From a virus: a DNA stretch of 64,000 bases. Where the stretch lies: positions 25,607 through 89,606 of the IMG/VR virus record IMGVR_UViG_3300009130_000014, one strand, 5' to 3'. Below the pieces are notes generated by a model. It was not told the origin of the DNA. It saw nothing but the letters and a program-made list of their open reading frames with translations, and did not search any database. A program made the position numbers and the translations under genes. How positions within the stretch are numbered: the stretch's first letter is position 1; each line of letters begins with the position of its first letter. This document shows, piece after piece, positions 30,501 through 39,942 of the stretch.

Positions 30501-32728
30501 TGGAAAGAAAGTCTATCGATAGATACAATGATGATTTTTATTTAGACTTCGACGGGTCAAATTATCTTCAGGGATCAACTGACGTTAGTGGGTCGTTAGA
30601 CGGAAGTAATAGTTGGTCTGTATCTTGGTTAGACTTATTAGATAGATCTGCTTCTGTAGGTGTTACTTCATTAGATCAATCTTCTCATACAGTATTTACT
30701 AATGTAGCAGGTACTAATGGTATTAGTATTACTCATAGGGTAATAACAATAACTAGAGCTGATATTCTTGTTGTAATGATAAATAATGGATCGGCAGTCA
30801 TAAGGTTTTTTAATGATGTAAGATTAAGAACAGATAATGTAACAGTCGAACATTTAGTATTAAATTATGACCACACTACAAATACAGGATCATTATATGT
30901 AGATGGAAGATTACATCAAAGCTTATCTAATTTTGCTCCATCAAACTTTGCATCTACTCAAGGAATTAGATTAGGTGCTGACTTTACACCTAACAGGTTA
31001 AGAGTAGGTAGTTTAAGAGATGTTATGATATTTGATAAAGCATTATCAGAAAATGAGATTGAATATATTTATACCACTGCAACACCTCCAAATACGGCTT
31101 ATTCTAATTTACAACATTATTACCCATTAAATCAAATGCCGTATGAAAATGGAGGTAATTATTTTGTAGACGGTGTTGCTCATTTATATAATCAATCAGC
31201 ATCAGTAGAATCTTTAGAATTAAATGGATGGGCTTCTGATGAAATAGGTGTTTCTAATGTGACTCAAATTAGTGCATTTAGGGACTTTAAAACTAAAGGG
31301 AGATATTTTGGAATAGGGCTAGATTATAAAGAAAACGCACAATATGGAGCAACTTATAATACAGTAAACGGTTCTGATTTTAATAACGGATATACTGTAA
31401 TTATTAAATGTATTCCTGACACTCTGGGAAGTCCAAAGGGAGATATTATGTTTATGGATTCAACCATAGGTACAGGACAAAATAACTACTTTTTTATTGA
31501 TAGTGCTGGCTTTAATGCTAAATTTGACGATCCTCAACCAGGACCTCCTACAGGAAATGAGATGATCTCAAGTAATTACAATCCTACAAAAGATAATGTT
31601 TTTGTGGTAACGGCATCTCCTACTTCATCGGGAACATTTGAACTATTTATAAATGGAAGAAAAGATCAAAGCTCAGACGATGGGTGGGTTTATAATGCTC
31701 CTGATACATCTCTTTATATAGGGTCTAATCCTCCTAGTAGTATTAAAGGAATTTTTTATGTAGCAGTTTTTAATTCCGTACTCACAGATAATCAAATTTC
31801 TACTTATAGCGAATCTGATAATTGGTTAGAATTAAACCCTTATATGATGTGGTGTAGTGAAAATGATGGGACTAAATTGATAGATATAAGCGGAAACGGA
31901 AGAGATGCTATAATACAAAATTCTACAGCGTTTAACAATAATCAAACTTACATAAGTTATAAAGGAGGTAATTCTAATTATAAAAAAGGTTTGAATTTTG
32001 ATAGTGCTAAGGGGCAGTATCTAGAAGTAACAGGCTTAGAAGCATTTGGAAACTCTGGAGGATATACTTTTCTTGTAGGAGTAGAATCTGATGCTATCAG
32101 TAATCAACAAAACGTCTTTGGATTTTTCGGAGATGAAGGAGTTTTTAGAGGATTTGAGATCATTAAACCTTCTAGTACTACAACTAGATATGATTTTATA
32201 TCTCCTAATATAACCGGACGTTCTTTACTTTCTCTTAATGGAGTAGATGTTTCTAAAGATAATTTTCTATCTTACTATACAGGAGACAACAGCTATATAA
32301 GTCCTTATAGTTCATCACCTTTAAGCAAAATAGCAGATGTAAATGTATCTCAAAATTACTCTTCAGGTATAGATAGTAATCCTTTAGGACTAGGTTTTGA
32401 TGAAATAACCAATCCTATATTTAATATAGGGGCTAGATCATCTAGTCAACACTATCTTAATGGAAAAATTACTTTCTTTTGTATTATTAAAGAGTCTATA
32501 ACAAAGGAACAAGAAAAAACAATATTTAATAATGGCAATTATAGATCACCATACGAAGTAATAGAAGATAGATCTAGGATTATCCTAGATGTAGATTTTC
32601 AAAATCCATTTGATGTTGGAGGTACTATAAAGTTTAAAGATAGGAGTGGTAATTGTGAAATAATAGCTAACCAAAATACAGGTACAGATTGGGATACATT
32701 AGCAGGAGTACAAGCAAGTATAGATTAA
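30500..32728 (+). CDS. Multi-LamG receptor-binding / tail spike protein
   Basis: About three LamG-like units ('LDFDGSNYL', 'LYVDG', 'DVMIFDKALS', 'LFING', 'LNFDS..QYL', 'YLNGKI'). Confidence 0.65.
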   Translation: MERKSIDRYNDDFYLDFDGSNYLQGSTDVSGSLDGSNSWSVSWLDLLDRSASVGVTSLDQSSHTVFTNVAGTNGISITHRVITITRADILVVMINNGSAVIRFFNDVRLRTDNVTVEHLVLNYDHTTNTGSLYVDGRLHQSLSNFAPSNFASTQGIRLGADFTPNRLRVGSLRDVMIFDKALSENEIEYIYTTATPPNTAYSNLQHYYPLNQMPYENGGNYFVDGVAHLYNQSASVESLELNGWASDEIGVSNVTQISAFRDFKTKGRYFGIGLDYKENAQYGATYNTVNGSDFNNGYTVIIKCIPDTLGSPKGDIMFMDSTIGTGQNNYFFIDSAGFNAKFDDPQPGPPTGNEMISSNYNPTKDNVFVVTASPTSSGTFELFINGRKDQSSDDGWVYNAPDTSLYIGSNPPSSIKGIFYVAVFNSVLTDNQISTYSESDNWLELNPYMMWCSENDGTKLIDISGNGRDAIIQNSTAFNNNQTYISYKGGNSNYKKGLNFDSAKGQYLEVTGLEAFGNSGGYTFLVGVESDAISNQQNVFGFFGDEGVFRGFEIIKPSSTTTRYDFISPNITGRSLLSLNGVDVSKDNFLSYYTGDNSYISPYSSSPLSKIADVNVSQNYSSGIDSNPLGLGFDEITNPIFNIGARSSSQHYLNGKITFFCIIKESITKEQEKTIFNNGNYRSPYEVIEDRSRIILDVDFQNPFDVGGTIKFKDRSGNCEIIANQNTGTDWDTLAGVQASID

Positions 32729-32729
32729 A

Positions 32730-33083
32730 ATGAGAAGAAATATTTACATAAGATATGTAGGTGGCCATAACAATAAATATTGGGTTACTACAAAAAATAC
32801 AGAAGTTACTTTAAGTAATGGAGACAATATAGTCATCCCTAAAGGATTTTTATGGGATTTATCTTCAGTACCTAAGTTTTTATGGGGTATTTTTCCTCCT
32901 TTTGGGGATTTTCTTATAGCCTCTTTAGTACATGATTATTTATATGTAAACAAGCAATATTCAAGAGCTTTTGCGGATAAAGAAATGTTATACTTTAGCA
33001 ATAAATATAATTCTAATAAGATAGATAATTATCTTAGATATGTAGCAGTTAGATTATTTGGTTTTACTTATTGGAATAAATAA
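32730..33083 (+). CDS. DUF1353-family protein
   Basis: 'IPKGFLWDLSSVP', 'ASLVHDYLY', 'ADKEM', 'AVRLFG'. Confidence 0.8.
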   Translation: MRRNIYIRYVGGHNNKYWVTTKNTEVTLSNGDNIVIPKGFLWDLSSVPKFLWGIFPPFGDFLIASLVHDYLYVNKQYSRAFADKEMLYFSNKYNSNKIDNYLRYVAVRLFGFTYWNK

Positions 33084-33095
33084 TAAATAAAAGAT

Positions 33096-33725
33096 ATGAA
33101 ATATACAATATTATTAGATAATGGACATGGAGGTATGGTAGATGGTAAGTATTCCACTTGTCCAGACTGGACAGATAACCCTAAAACATGGCATAAAATG
33201 CATGTCCATGAAGGTGTGCCTTTATACGAAGGTGTTTTTAACAGAGACGTAGTAGACGAAATTGCTGCTGAATTATGGAAAAGGGACATTAAATATGTAT
33301 TAATAAATCCGGAAAGTAAAGATATCAGTTTAAAGGAAAGGGTGAAAAGAGCTAACGATTTCTATAAAGATAATAAAAATTGTATATTTGTTAGTATACA
33401 TGGTAATGCATTTAACACCTCGGCTAAAGGGTTTGAAATCTTTACAAGTAAAGGAGATACTCCTGCTGATCCTATAGCAGAATCTATATCTATTGAAATG
33501 AGCAAGGCATTTCCTAGTAGAGTAATGAGATGGGATTTATCAGACGGAGATAGAGATAAAGAGGCTAATTTTTATGTTTTAAAACATACAGACATGCCTG
33601 CAATACTATCTGAGAATTTCTTTTTTGATAATCCTAGCGATGCGAAGTTAATGATGTCGGAAAGAGGGATAGAAAAAATCGCATTAGCTCATGTAGAAGG
33701 AATAATTAAAGCTTTAAAAAACTAA
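33096..33725 (+). CDS. N-acetylmuramoyl-L-alanine amidase (Amidase_3) endolysin
   Basis: 'LDNGHGG', 'FVSIHGNA', 'GFEIF', 'ANFYVL', 'PAILSENFFFDN'. Confidence 0.9.
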   Translation: MKYTILLDNGHGGMVDGKYSTCPDWTDNPKTWHKMHVHEGVPLYEGVFNRDVVDEIAAELWKRDIKYVLINPESKDISLKERVKRANDFYKDNKNCIFVSIHGNAFNTSAKGFEIFTSKGDTPADPIAESISIEMSKAFPSRVMRWDLSDGDRDKEANFYVLKHTDMPAILSENFFFDNPSDAKLMMSERGIEKIALAHVEGIIKALKN

Positions 33726-33729
33726 TGAA

Positions 33730-33963
33730 ATGGAAGAAGGTCTGATTAAAAATCTCATAACATATTTGATAGTAGGGGCAACTATGCTATTAGAAGAGTT
33801 TATAAAACATCCTATAGGTAGCATTGCTGCCATATTAGGTATATTATATACATATGAAAGAATAAAGACTCAGCGTTTAATTAGTAAAAGAGAGAAAATA
33901 GGTTTAGAAAACGATAAAAAAAGATATAATGGAAGCACTATTAAAGGTACTAAAAAGGGTTAA
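33730..33963 (+). CDS. Putative holin/antiholin
   Basis: Small protein with hydrophobic segments and a basic tail, directly after the endolysin. Confidence 0.45.
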   Translation: MEEGLIKNLITYLIVGATMLLEEFIKHPIGSIAAILGILYTYERIKTQRLISKREKIGLENDKKRYNGSTIKGTKKG

Positions 33964-34156
33964 ATCAGGACCTAAGACCACATTTGGAGGAGCGGCATTA
34001 ACTTTATTTGCTCTATATTTAATATACTCTTCTGAAGCCACTTTAACATGGGTTTCTTTAGAAGCAGGATTATTTATAATAGGAATAATTTTATTTTTCA
34101 GTAACGATATAACACCTTCTAAAGAAGAAAACGATGAAGAAACTACTAATAAGTAA
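33929..34156 (+). CDS. Putative holin (two TM helices)
   Basis: 'KTTFGG' followed by two hydrophobic helices and a charged C-terminal tail. Confidence 0.55.
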   Translation: MEALLKVLKRVKSGPKTTFGGAALTLFALYLIYSSEATLTWVSLEAGLFIIGIILFFSNDITPSKEENDEETTNK

Positions 34157-34445
34157 TCTTATAATTTTATTTATAACTATATTTTTTGTAATATTAAACT
34201 TTAAAGATTCATCTTATATGGAAAAAAGTAAAGTTAATATAGATTCCTTAATTTTAGCACATGATGCCGCATTAAAAGATATGTTAAAAACTACAGATTC
34301 CTTAAAAAGAAAAAAGAAGTTAAATGACATAGAAATAGATTCGACATTATCTGATCTTATTAACAATACTAATATTCAAGTAACAGATGGTACAATAACA
34401 GAAGCATTATTATGGATAGAAGATTACAACGATTCTTTGCAGTAG
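34134..34445 (+). CDS. Putative i-spanin-like membrane protein
   Basis: N-terminal TM segment then coiled coil; overlaps the next gene. Confidence 0.45.
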   Translation: MKKLLISNLIILFITIFFVILNFKDSSYMEKSKVNIDSLILAHDAALKDMLKTTDSLKRKKKLNDIEIDSTLSDLINNTNIQVTDGTITEALLWIEDYNDSLQ

Positions 34446-34879
34446 CATTATTATTAATAGTAAACATAACATATTCTCAATGTAAGGATGGAATAAAAAT
34501 TGTTAATGATACTATAAAAACTAAAAGGCAAGTTTATATATGCAAGAATGTGAAAATGAGCCCTGCTAAATTTAGTTATTACTACCAAGTAGATAAGCAA
34601 TTTAAAATTTTAAAAGATTCGTTGCCTGAATTAGAAAAGTTAATACATAAAAATAGACAAACTAATGATTCGCTTATATCTAATTTAGAGTTACATATAA
34701 AAACTATAAAAGAACAAAAGGGTGAAACTATAGAGTCTCTTAAAGAAATTGAAGATTTAAATACACTATTAGAAGTAGAAAATCTTCAATTAACTTTATC
34801 CAATAAATCAAATAAAAAGATTTATGGAATAGGAGGTATTATAATAGGGACTTTAATAGCAATAATAATAAGGAGATAA
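34412..34879 (+). CDS. Putative spanin-like protein (signal peptide, coiled coil, C-terminal TM)
   Basis: 'FFAVALLLIVNITYSQC', heptad-like middle, 'IYGIGGIIIGTLIAIIIRR'. Confidence 0.45.
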   Translation: MDRRLQRFFAVALLLIVNITYSQCKDGIKIVNDTIKTKRQVYICKNVKMSPAKFSYYYQVDKQFKILKDSLPELEKLIHKNRQTNDSLISNLELHIKTIKEQKGETIESLKEIEDLNTLLEVENLQLTLSNKSNKKIYGIGGIIIGTLIAIIIRR

Positions 34880-36345
34880 TGGAGTTAACAATAAATACAC
34901 TAGATGCTTTAACGGGAAATGCTTTAACTGTAGATGCTATAGTAATAGGAGTTAATATTTTCTCTAATACAAATACAGCTACAGCTACTGTCGAGGACAA
35001 TAATGCAGAATCTATTACAGTAGGTTTGGCAGGCTACCATACATATAATATGGACATATCTAATGTTTATATAGACGATAAGACTATATATATTAATATG
35101 GTTCCTGATGTAACAAATATCAATGATCCTAATTATAATAAACCTTTTCCGATGCACTTCTTTTTTCAAGATCCGTGCAGCTTTAATGTAGATTATTATA
35201 ACGCATCAAATTATCCTGGAGAAATAACATGGTACATTAACAATCAAGAATTAAGTACAAGTAATACTAAAGGTGTAGCAGAATTTTGTTCTCCGGGAAA
35301 TTATCAATTAAAAGTTAGAGGTACTGTAAGTTTAACTTTAGGTGATGTGTGTCCTGTGACATCTAATACTTGGGATAGACAATGGGCTACTACAAGTAAT
35401 GCGGCTTTCTTACTTCCGGGTCAAGAAGTAGGGGCAGGAGAAACAGGTAATATTGTAGCAGGGCATATTGCTCCTATAGATACTTATTTGGCAATAGATG
35501 TTATAACAAACTTAAAAGAAGATGAATTTAGACCTGAGTTGGTTATTAATACAAATTCTATCTCGCAATTAGATGAATGCTGTTTTGTTAAAGATGAAGA
35601 AATAACAATAACGCCAAGCGTAACTATAAATAAAGGTACTGCAGATGATTATAATGTTATTTGGGAAATAGTTAATCCATTAGGGTTAGTTATTTTATCT
35701 CAGACTACTAGTATTGCTACTTCGTCTGCTATCAACTTAACCGAACTAGGATCTTATATTTTAAATTTAAAAGTTCGTCAGTTAAGTACCGGTATAGAAG
35801 TATCTCAAACTAAGATGATAGAAACTTGTAACTTTATTACATTTGATTATGTAAGTTGCAATAATTATAAAATACATAATAGAAGTTTAGATAATACAGT
35901 TACTGTGAATATACAAAGTATTGATAGTCAACAGTTTGATGATTTCGATCTTGAACCTCAGACTAGTAAAGATATAACTTTCACAGAATCTAATCTTTAT
36001 AAAGTAGATATTTTAAATGATTCAGTAACAGAGACATATATTATATCAAATTACTGTAATATTGAAAAGTGCTTATCTGATTATATATTAAATATCCTAT
36101 GTCCAGGTGATACTTCAGGTATATGTCCTGATACCGTAGAATTAAACCAACTATTAATGTTACATTATAGTTATTTTATGGAATTACATAAAGAGTATGG
36201 TATAAATAATTTCTACACAGGATTAGATGATAGTCAACTTGAAAGACTTGGAAATATAAAACAAATAATGGATAGAATATTAATGGTCTGCGAAAGAAAA
36301 TCATGTAATACTTTATTTAATTCGAATTGTCCTACTTGTAAATAA
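34879..36345 (+). CDS. Cys-rich tail hub / PKD-like structural protein
   Basis: PKD/Ig-like segments ('ITWYIN', 'PGNYQLKV', 'GSYILNL') and C-terminal 'CERKSC...CPTCK'; 15 Cys. Confidence 0.5.
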   Translation: MELTINTLDALTGNALTVDAIVIGVNIFSNTNTATATVEDNNAESITVGLAGYHTYNMDISNVYIDDKTIYINMVPDVTNINDPNYNKPFPMHFFFQDPCSFNVDYYNASNYPGEITWYINNQELSTSNTKGVAEFCSPGNYQLKVRGTVSLTLGDVCPVTSNTWDRQWATTSNAAFLLPGQEVGAGETGNIVAGHIAPIDTYLAIDVITNLKEDEFRPELVINTNSISQLDECCFVKDEEITITPSVTINKGTADDYNVIWEIVNPLGLVILSQTTSIATSSAINLTELGSYILNLKVRQLSTGIEVSQTKMIETCNFITFDYVSCNNYKIHNRSLDNTVTVNIQSIDSQQFDDFDLEPQTSKDITFTESNLYKVDILNDSVTETYIISNYCNIEKCLSDYILNILCPGDTSGICPDTVELNQLLMLHYSYFMELHKEYGINNFYTGLDDSQLERLGNIKQIMDRILMVCERKSCNTLFNSNCPTCK

Positions 36346-36947
36346 TGAGTGTCTTAAATACATATCTTGAAGGATTGAGATATCCTACTAAATTTAAAGC
36401 TCAATATAATGAGCAAGAAGAATTGTACGCTCTCGCTTGGGATATAGTGAGAGATGAAGTATTTCGTCTTCAGGAATTAGGAATATCTTATGATAAAAGG
36501 GGTAAAAAAGAATTAGCAGGGAAATATTATAAAGCAGCTAATATATATGTTTATATAATTCACTATGCTTTAATAATAAGAAATGAATTTGAAAGACAGA
36601 ATAAAATAAATACATGTTTTACTTATTCTGATTTTTCTATAGACTGTGTAATAGGTAATCTACCTTGTCTTTCTAAAGAATATGGGACAGATTATGTAAA
36701 TACATTTTCGCAAATATTAACTTTATTTGGAATAGATAGACAGCTATCTGAATGTTCAGATTGTTGTTTAGGAATATCTCAAATGATAATAAATGATTCA
36801 GACGACTGTTCTGGATTTATAATAGGAGATTGTGGTGAAAATACCGAAATTACGTTAACATCTTCGGGAGAATTTGAACTTTGCGAATTTGCAGTAAACG
36901 AATTTACACAAGCTACAGGTAATAACTTATACGATAATTGTAATTAA
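36345..36947 (+). CDS. Cys-rich tail-associated structural protein
   Basis: 10 Cys in 200 aa; 'GISQMII' motif; coupled to the previous gene. Confidence 0.45.
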   Translation: MSVLNTYLEGLRYPTKFKAQYNEQEELYALAWDIVRDEVFRLQELGISYDKRGKKELAGKYYKAANIYVYIIHYALIIRNEFERQNKINTCFTYSDFSIDCVIGNLPCLSKEYGTDYVNTFSQILTLFGIDRQLSECSDCCLGISQMIINDSDDCSGFIIGDCGENTEITLTSSGEFELCEFAVNEFTQATGNNLYDNCN

Positions 36948-36949
36948 AA

Positions 36950-37657
36950 ATGGGAAATATATTTACAGATAAAGAAAGCTTAATTGCTAAAATAAAAGAA
37001 AGAGTTTTTAAAAATGATACTTTTTCTACTACATCATTAGATATCCAGTCTAACGATGTAGATATAGTAGAATCTTTATGGGACAGAGGATGTTCGGAAA
37101 AAGAATTTACAGCAACGGGGACCTTTTTAAACGGAACTGTAAAACGTACTATATGTGGTCCTAATGTGACTATAGTGGCTAAAATTAACTTCTTAAGTAA
37201 CTTTAACGGAGTAGACTTTACAGGAGAATCTATTTCATTTAATGAAATCATACCTCTCAATCAAAGCGGTGCTCAATGGTTTAAATTAGAAACTATAGGG
37301 ACTGTTATAAATGATATTACTACAGGAGGAGGGGATTTTGGATTTTTTAAATTAAATGACCTTTCTACCTATACAGGAGCTACAGTAAATTCTGGAGATG
37401 AAACTAAGTTATTTATTCCGGGAGTTAGTAAAGGAACCAATCATTCTTGGTCCAGTGAGCTAGGAGATGTTTTCGCAGGAGGTTATGATAATGATTTTGG
37501 AACAAGTACTAATAATTATGAGATAGATTCTCCTAAAGACATAACAGTCTCTCCTTTGAATCTCATAGTAGAAAATAATACTCTAGGAACAGGTAATTCT
37601 AATTTTTCTACTAATCAGGGTTCTGTTACTATTTATATGAAAGGGACTTTATTATAA
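36950..37657 (+). CDS. Hypothetical virion protein
   Basis: Beta-rich, Gly/Thr/Asn-rich; within the tail cluster. Confidence 0.4.
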   Translation: MGNIFTDKESLIAKIKERVFKNDTFSTTSLDIQSNDVDIVESLWDRGCSEKEFTATGTFLNGTVKRTICGPNVTIVAKINFLSNFNGVDFTGESISFNEIIPLNQSGAQWFKLETIGTVINDITTGGGDFGFFKLNDLSTYTGATVNSGDETKLFIPGVSKGTNHSWSSELGDVFAGGYDNDFGTSTNNYEIDSPKDITVSPLNLIVENNTLGTGNSNFSTNQGSVTIYMKGTLL

Positions 37658-38238
37658 TGAAAGTATATGTAATAAATTTACCCGAAGCTGAGGAAAGAAG
37701 AAATTCTATCATAAAAGAAATGAAAAAAACTAACCTTAGCTATGAATTTATTATACCCGAACCTTCTGAAAACATAGAATCTGATAATCCGGGATGGACA
37801 AAAGGTGCTAATTCCTTACGTTTAACTACTATCAAGTTAATAGAACAAGCAATTAAAAATAACGAAGATAGTATATGGATATGGGAAGATGATAGTATTA
37901 TCAATAAAGATCACTTTTATACATTTGTTGAAGATTTATCATTAATTGATGATTTTGATTTCATTCATTTAAATTGGAAAATAGGAGGGGTTAGTAGTAT
38001 CAGATCAATAGGGTGTATGAGAAAAACACTAAGTGGGACTTTTTGTTGTCAGTCATACATTATAAATAAAAATATATTCGAGGAATATTTAAAAGAACTT
38101 AAAGTAGAACGTCCTATAGATGCGACTACAAAGTTATTACATAAAAAGAATAAAAATTCGTATCTTGTAGAACCTCCTGTAGTATCACATATTCCAGGAA
38201 ATTATTCATATATACGAAAAGAAAAAGTAACATATTAA
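37657..38238 (+). CDS. Glycosyltransferase family 25
   Basis: 'VYVINL...ERR', 'IWIWEDD', 'FDFIHL', 'SYII', 'PID'. Confidence 0.8.
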   Translation: MKVYVINLPEAEERRNSIIKEMKKTNLSYEFIIPEPSENIESDNPGWTKGANSLRLTTIKLIEQAIKNNEDSIWIWEDDSIINKDHFYTFVEDLSLIDDFDFIHLNWKIGGVSSIRSIGCMRKTLSGTFCCQSYIINKNIFEEYLKELKVERPIDATTKLLHKKNKNSYLVEPPVVSHIPGNYSYIRKEKVTY

Positions 38239-38239
38239 A

Positions 38240-39403
38240 ATGGGAAATTTAAGATCAAAAAGCTGGTTTTTCACCATAACAGAAACAGCTACTAAAAGAG
38301 GAACTAGGTTTAGAAATGGTGATAGGCCTACTCAAAGTACATTTGATGATTTGATTACATCTTCTGTTTTTAAGTCGGACGTAAACGATAGGGCAAAAGA
38401 AGATACAGGGTCATTTAACCCAGAAACTACAGGTCATGTTGTTATGGCTACTGATAGTCAAGCTAAGTCTAATTATCCGAAGCCTGAAAACAGAACACTT
38501 GCAGTTCAGCCTAGTCAGTTACCTACTATAGATAGTACGGATACTATAACCACCACTAGTTCAGAATCTACTTTAGCCTTAACAGATGAGTCAATATTTA
38601 ATATACAACAAGACGATGATGTAACGACGAGAAATAGTAATTTAATAAATTTAACAGATTCTGTAAAAACCTTATTTCAATCTATCATTACCTATGCTGA
38701 AAATGGAATCAATAATTTAAATACCTTAACTACTACACATACTTCAAGCATAGCTCAAAATGAACAGAATATAACATTAAATACCCAAGCCATTGCAGCA
38801 CTATCTCCTGGAGGAGTTCCTTCTATAGTTCCGGTAGGAGCTGTATTTCAATGGATGGCTCAGACGGTACCTACAGGTTATTTAGTATTAGACGGAAGTG
38901 AAGTATCTCAAACAACATATCCTTTATTGTTTGCAGTATTAGGTACAACTTATAATAATGGAACCGAAACATCTGGTAAATTCAGATTACCTAATATGAA
39001 AAACTATAGTCCTAGAGGATTTGCCACAGAAGAAAGTATTGTAGATACTACAACTACTACCACACAACAAGTATTCGGTAAAACTTATGGTAAAGATGCA
39101 TGGAATTTAGATGCAAACACTCTTCCATATCACACTCATAGTTTCTCCGCTACTACAGATGAAAAAGGAGAACATCGTCACGGAATGTTTGACAGATCTA
39201 ATAGAGGAGGACACGATTGGAGAGTAAGAAGATCAGATGCTAGAGGAGAGGATTTTGATGATACCTATGATGATACCACTACGTATGCAGGGAAACATAC
39301 TCATACTGTATCGGGAACTACAGGGAATAATATTTCCGAGCAATTGGCTCAACCTACGTTATCTCCGGTATTATTATGTCATTTTATTATAAAAGTAGAT
39401 TAA
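38240..39403 (+). CDS. Tail fibre with collar domain and HxH metal-binding tip
   Basis: 'VPVGAVFQW...VPTGYLVLDGS.VS.TTYP.LFAVLG...FRLPNM' collar domain; HTH, HRH and HTH motifs; C-terminal 'FIIK'. Confidence 0.85.
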   Translation: MGNLRSKSWFFTITETATKRGTRFRNGDRPTQSTFDDLITSSVFKSDVNDRAKEDTGSFNPETTGHVVMATDSQAKSNYPKPENRTLAVQPSQLPTIDSTDTITTTSSESTLALTDESIFNIQQDDDVTTRNSNLINLTDSVKTLFQSIITYAENGINNLNTLTTTHTSSIAQNEQNITLNTQAIAALSPGGVPSIVPVGAVFQWMAQTVPTGYLVLDGSEVSQTTYPLLFAVLGTTYNNGTETSGKFRLPNMKNYSPRGFATEESIVDTTTTTTQQVFGKTYGKDAWNLDANTLPYHTHSFSATTDEKGEHRHGMFDRSNRGGHDWRVRRSDARGEDFDDTYDDTTTYAGKHTHTVSGTTGNNISEQLAQPTLSPVLLCHFIIKVD

Positions 39404-39420
39404 TATCGGTAGTAAGGAAT

Positions 39421-39455
39421 AAAAAAAAGAAGGGGCGTAAGCCCCTTTTCTTTTA
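39421..39455. terminator. Bidirectional intrinsic terminator between convergent blocks
   Basis: A-tract, then GAAGGGGC-GTAA-GCCCCTTT hairpin, then T-tract, exactly between the last + gene and the last - gene. Confidence 0.85.
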
Positions 39456-39803
39456 TTTTTTTAAAAAACTAACTGTATTTTCTGATTTATAATCAGGTAT
39501 ATCTTTTTCAACTAAATCTAATTCTTTAGCTAACTCTTTTGGTATAGTCGTACCTTTTAATGCAAGTCCTATATTTCCAGAATAAGATTTTCTTTCTTCT
39601 GCTTCTAATTTTACAATACTCCCGTCTTCTAATTTTAACCATCCTACATAAGTAGCCGGGTTATTTTTATCGGGATACCCGTTTTCTATTAAATTACCAA
39701 AAGAGCTATATAATTCTTTTACATGCTTTTTATCCCCTTTACTCAATGCATAAGGTAATGTTTCTAATATTTCAGATTTTTTTCTAAGTTGTTTCTTCTC
39801 CAT
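39453..39803 (-). CDS. Hypothetical protein
   Basis: 116 aa ORF; last gene of the - block. Confidence 0.5.
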   Translation of the reverse strand: MEKKQLRKKSEILETLPYALSKGDKKHVKELYSSFGNLIENGYPDKNNPATYVGWLKLEDGSIVKLEAEERKSYSGNIGLALKGTTIPKELAKELDLVEKDIPDYKSENTVSFLKK

Positions 39804-39854
39804 TGTACTTTTCTAATTTATTAAGCAATAGCTTCAATTTTTCATATATTTAAA

Positions 39855-39940
39855 TAAATAAGCCCCTCTGTTCGATAGTCTCACTCGTTTTCGGGCCCAT
39901 CTAACTTTATTGACTTTTTGTACTAGGAGGGACTTATTTA
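39855..39940 (-). ncRNA. Putative structured RNA element
   Basis: 14-bp closing stem TAAATAAGTCCCTC/GAGGGGCTTATTTA (one G-U on the - strand) enclosing an AGTC/GACT stem and a CCG-AAAA-CG hairpin. Confidence 0.35.
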
Positions 39941-39942
39941 AA

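Noticed and set aside
2682-37260. Minus-strand ORFs inside structural genes (e.g. 10658-11050, 14473-14841, 36913-37260)
   Set aside because: They lie antisense to well-supported genes, have Ser/Leu/Phe-rich shadow composition and show no motifs.
39785-39844. Possible frameshifted 20-aa ORF (ATG AAA AAT TGA versus MKKLKLLL...)
   Set aside because: Too short, with no independent support.
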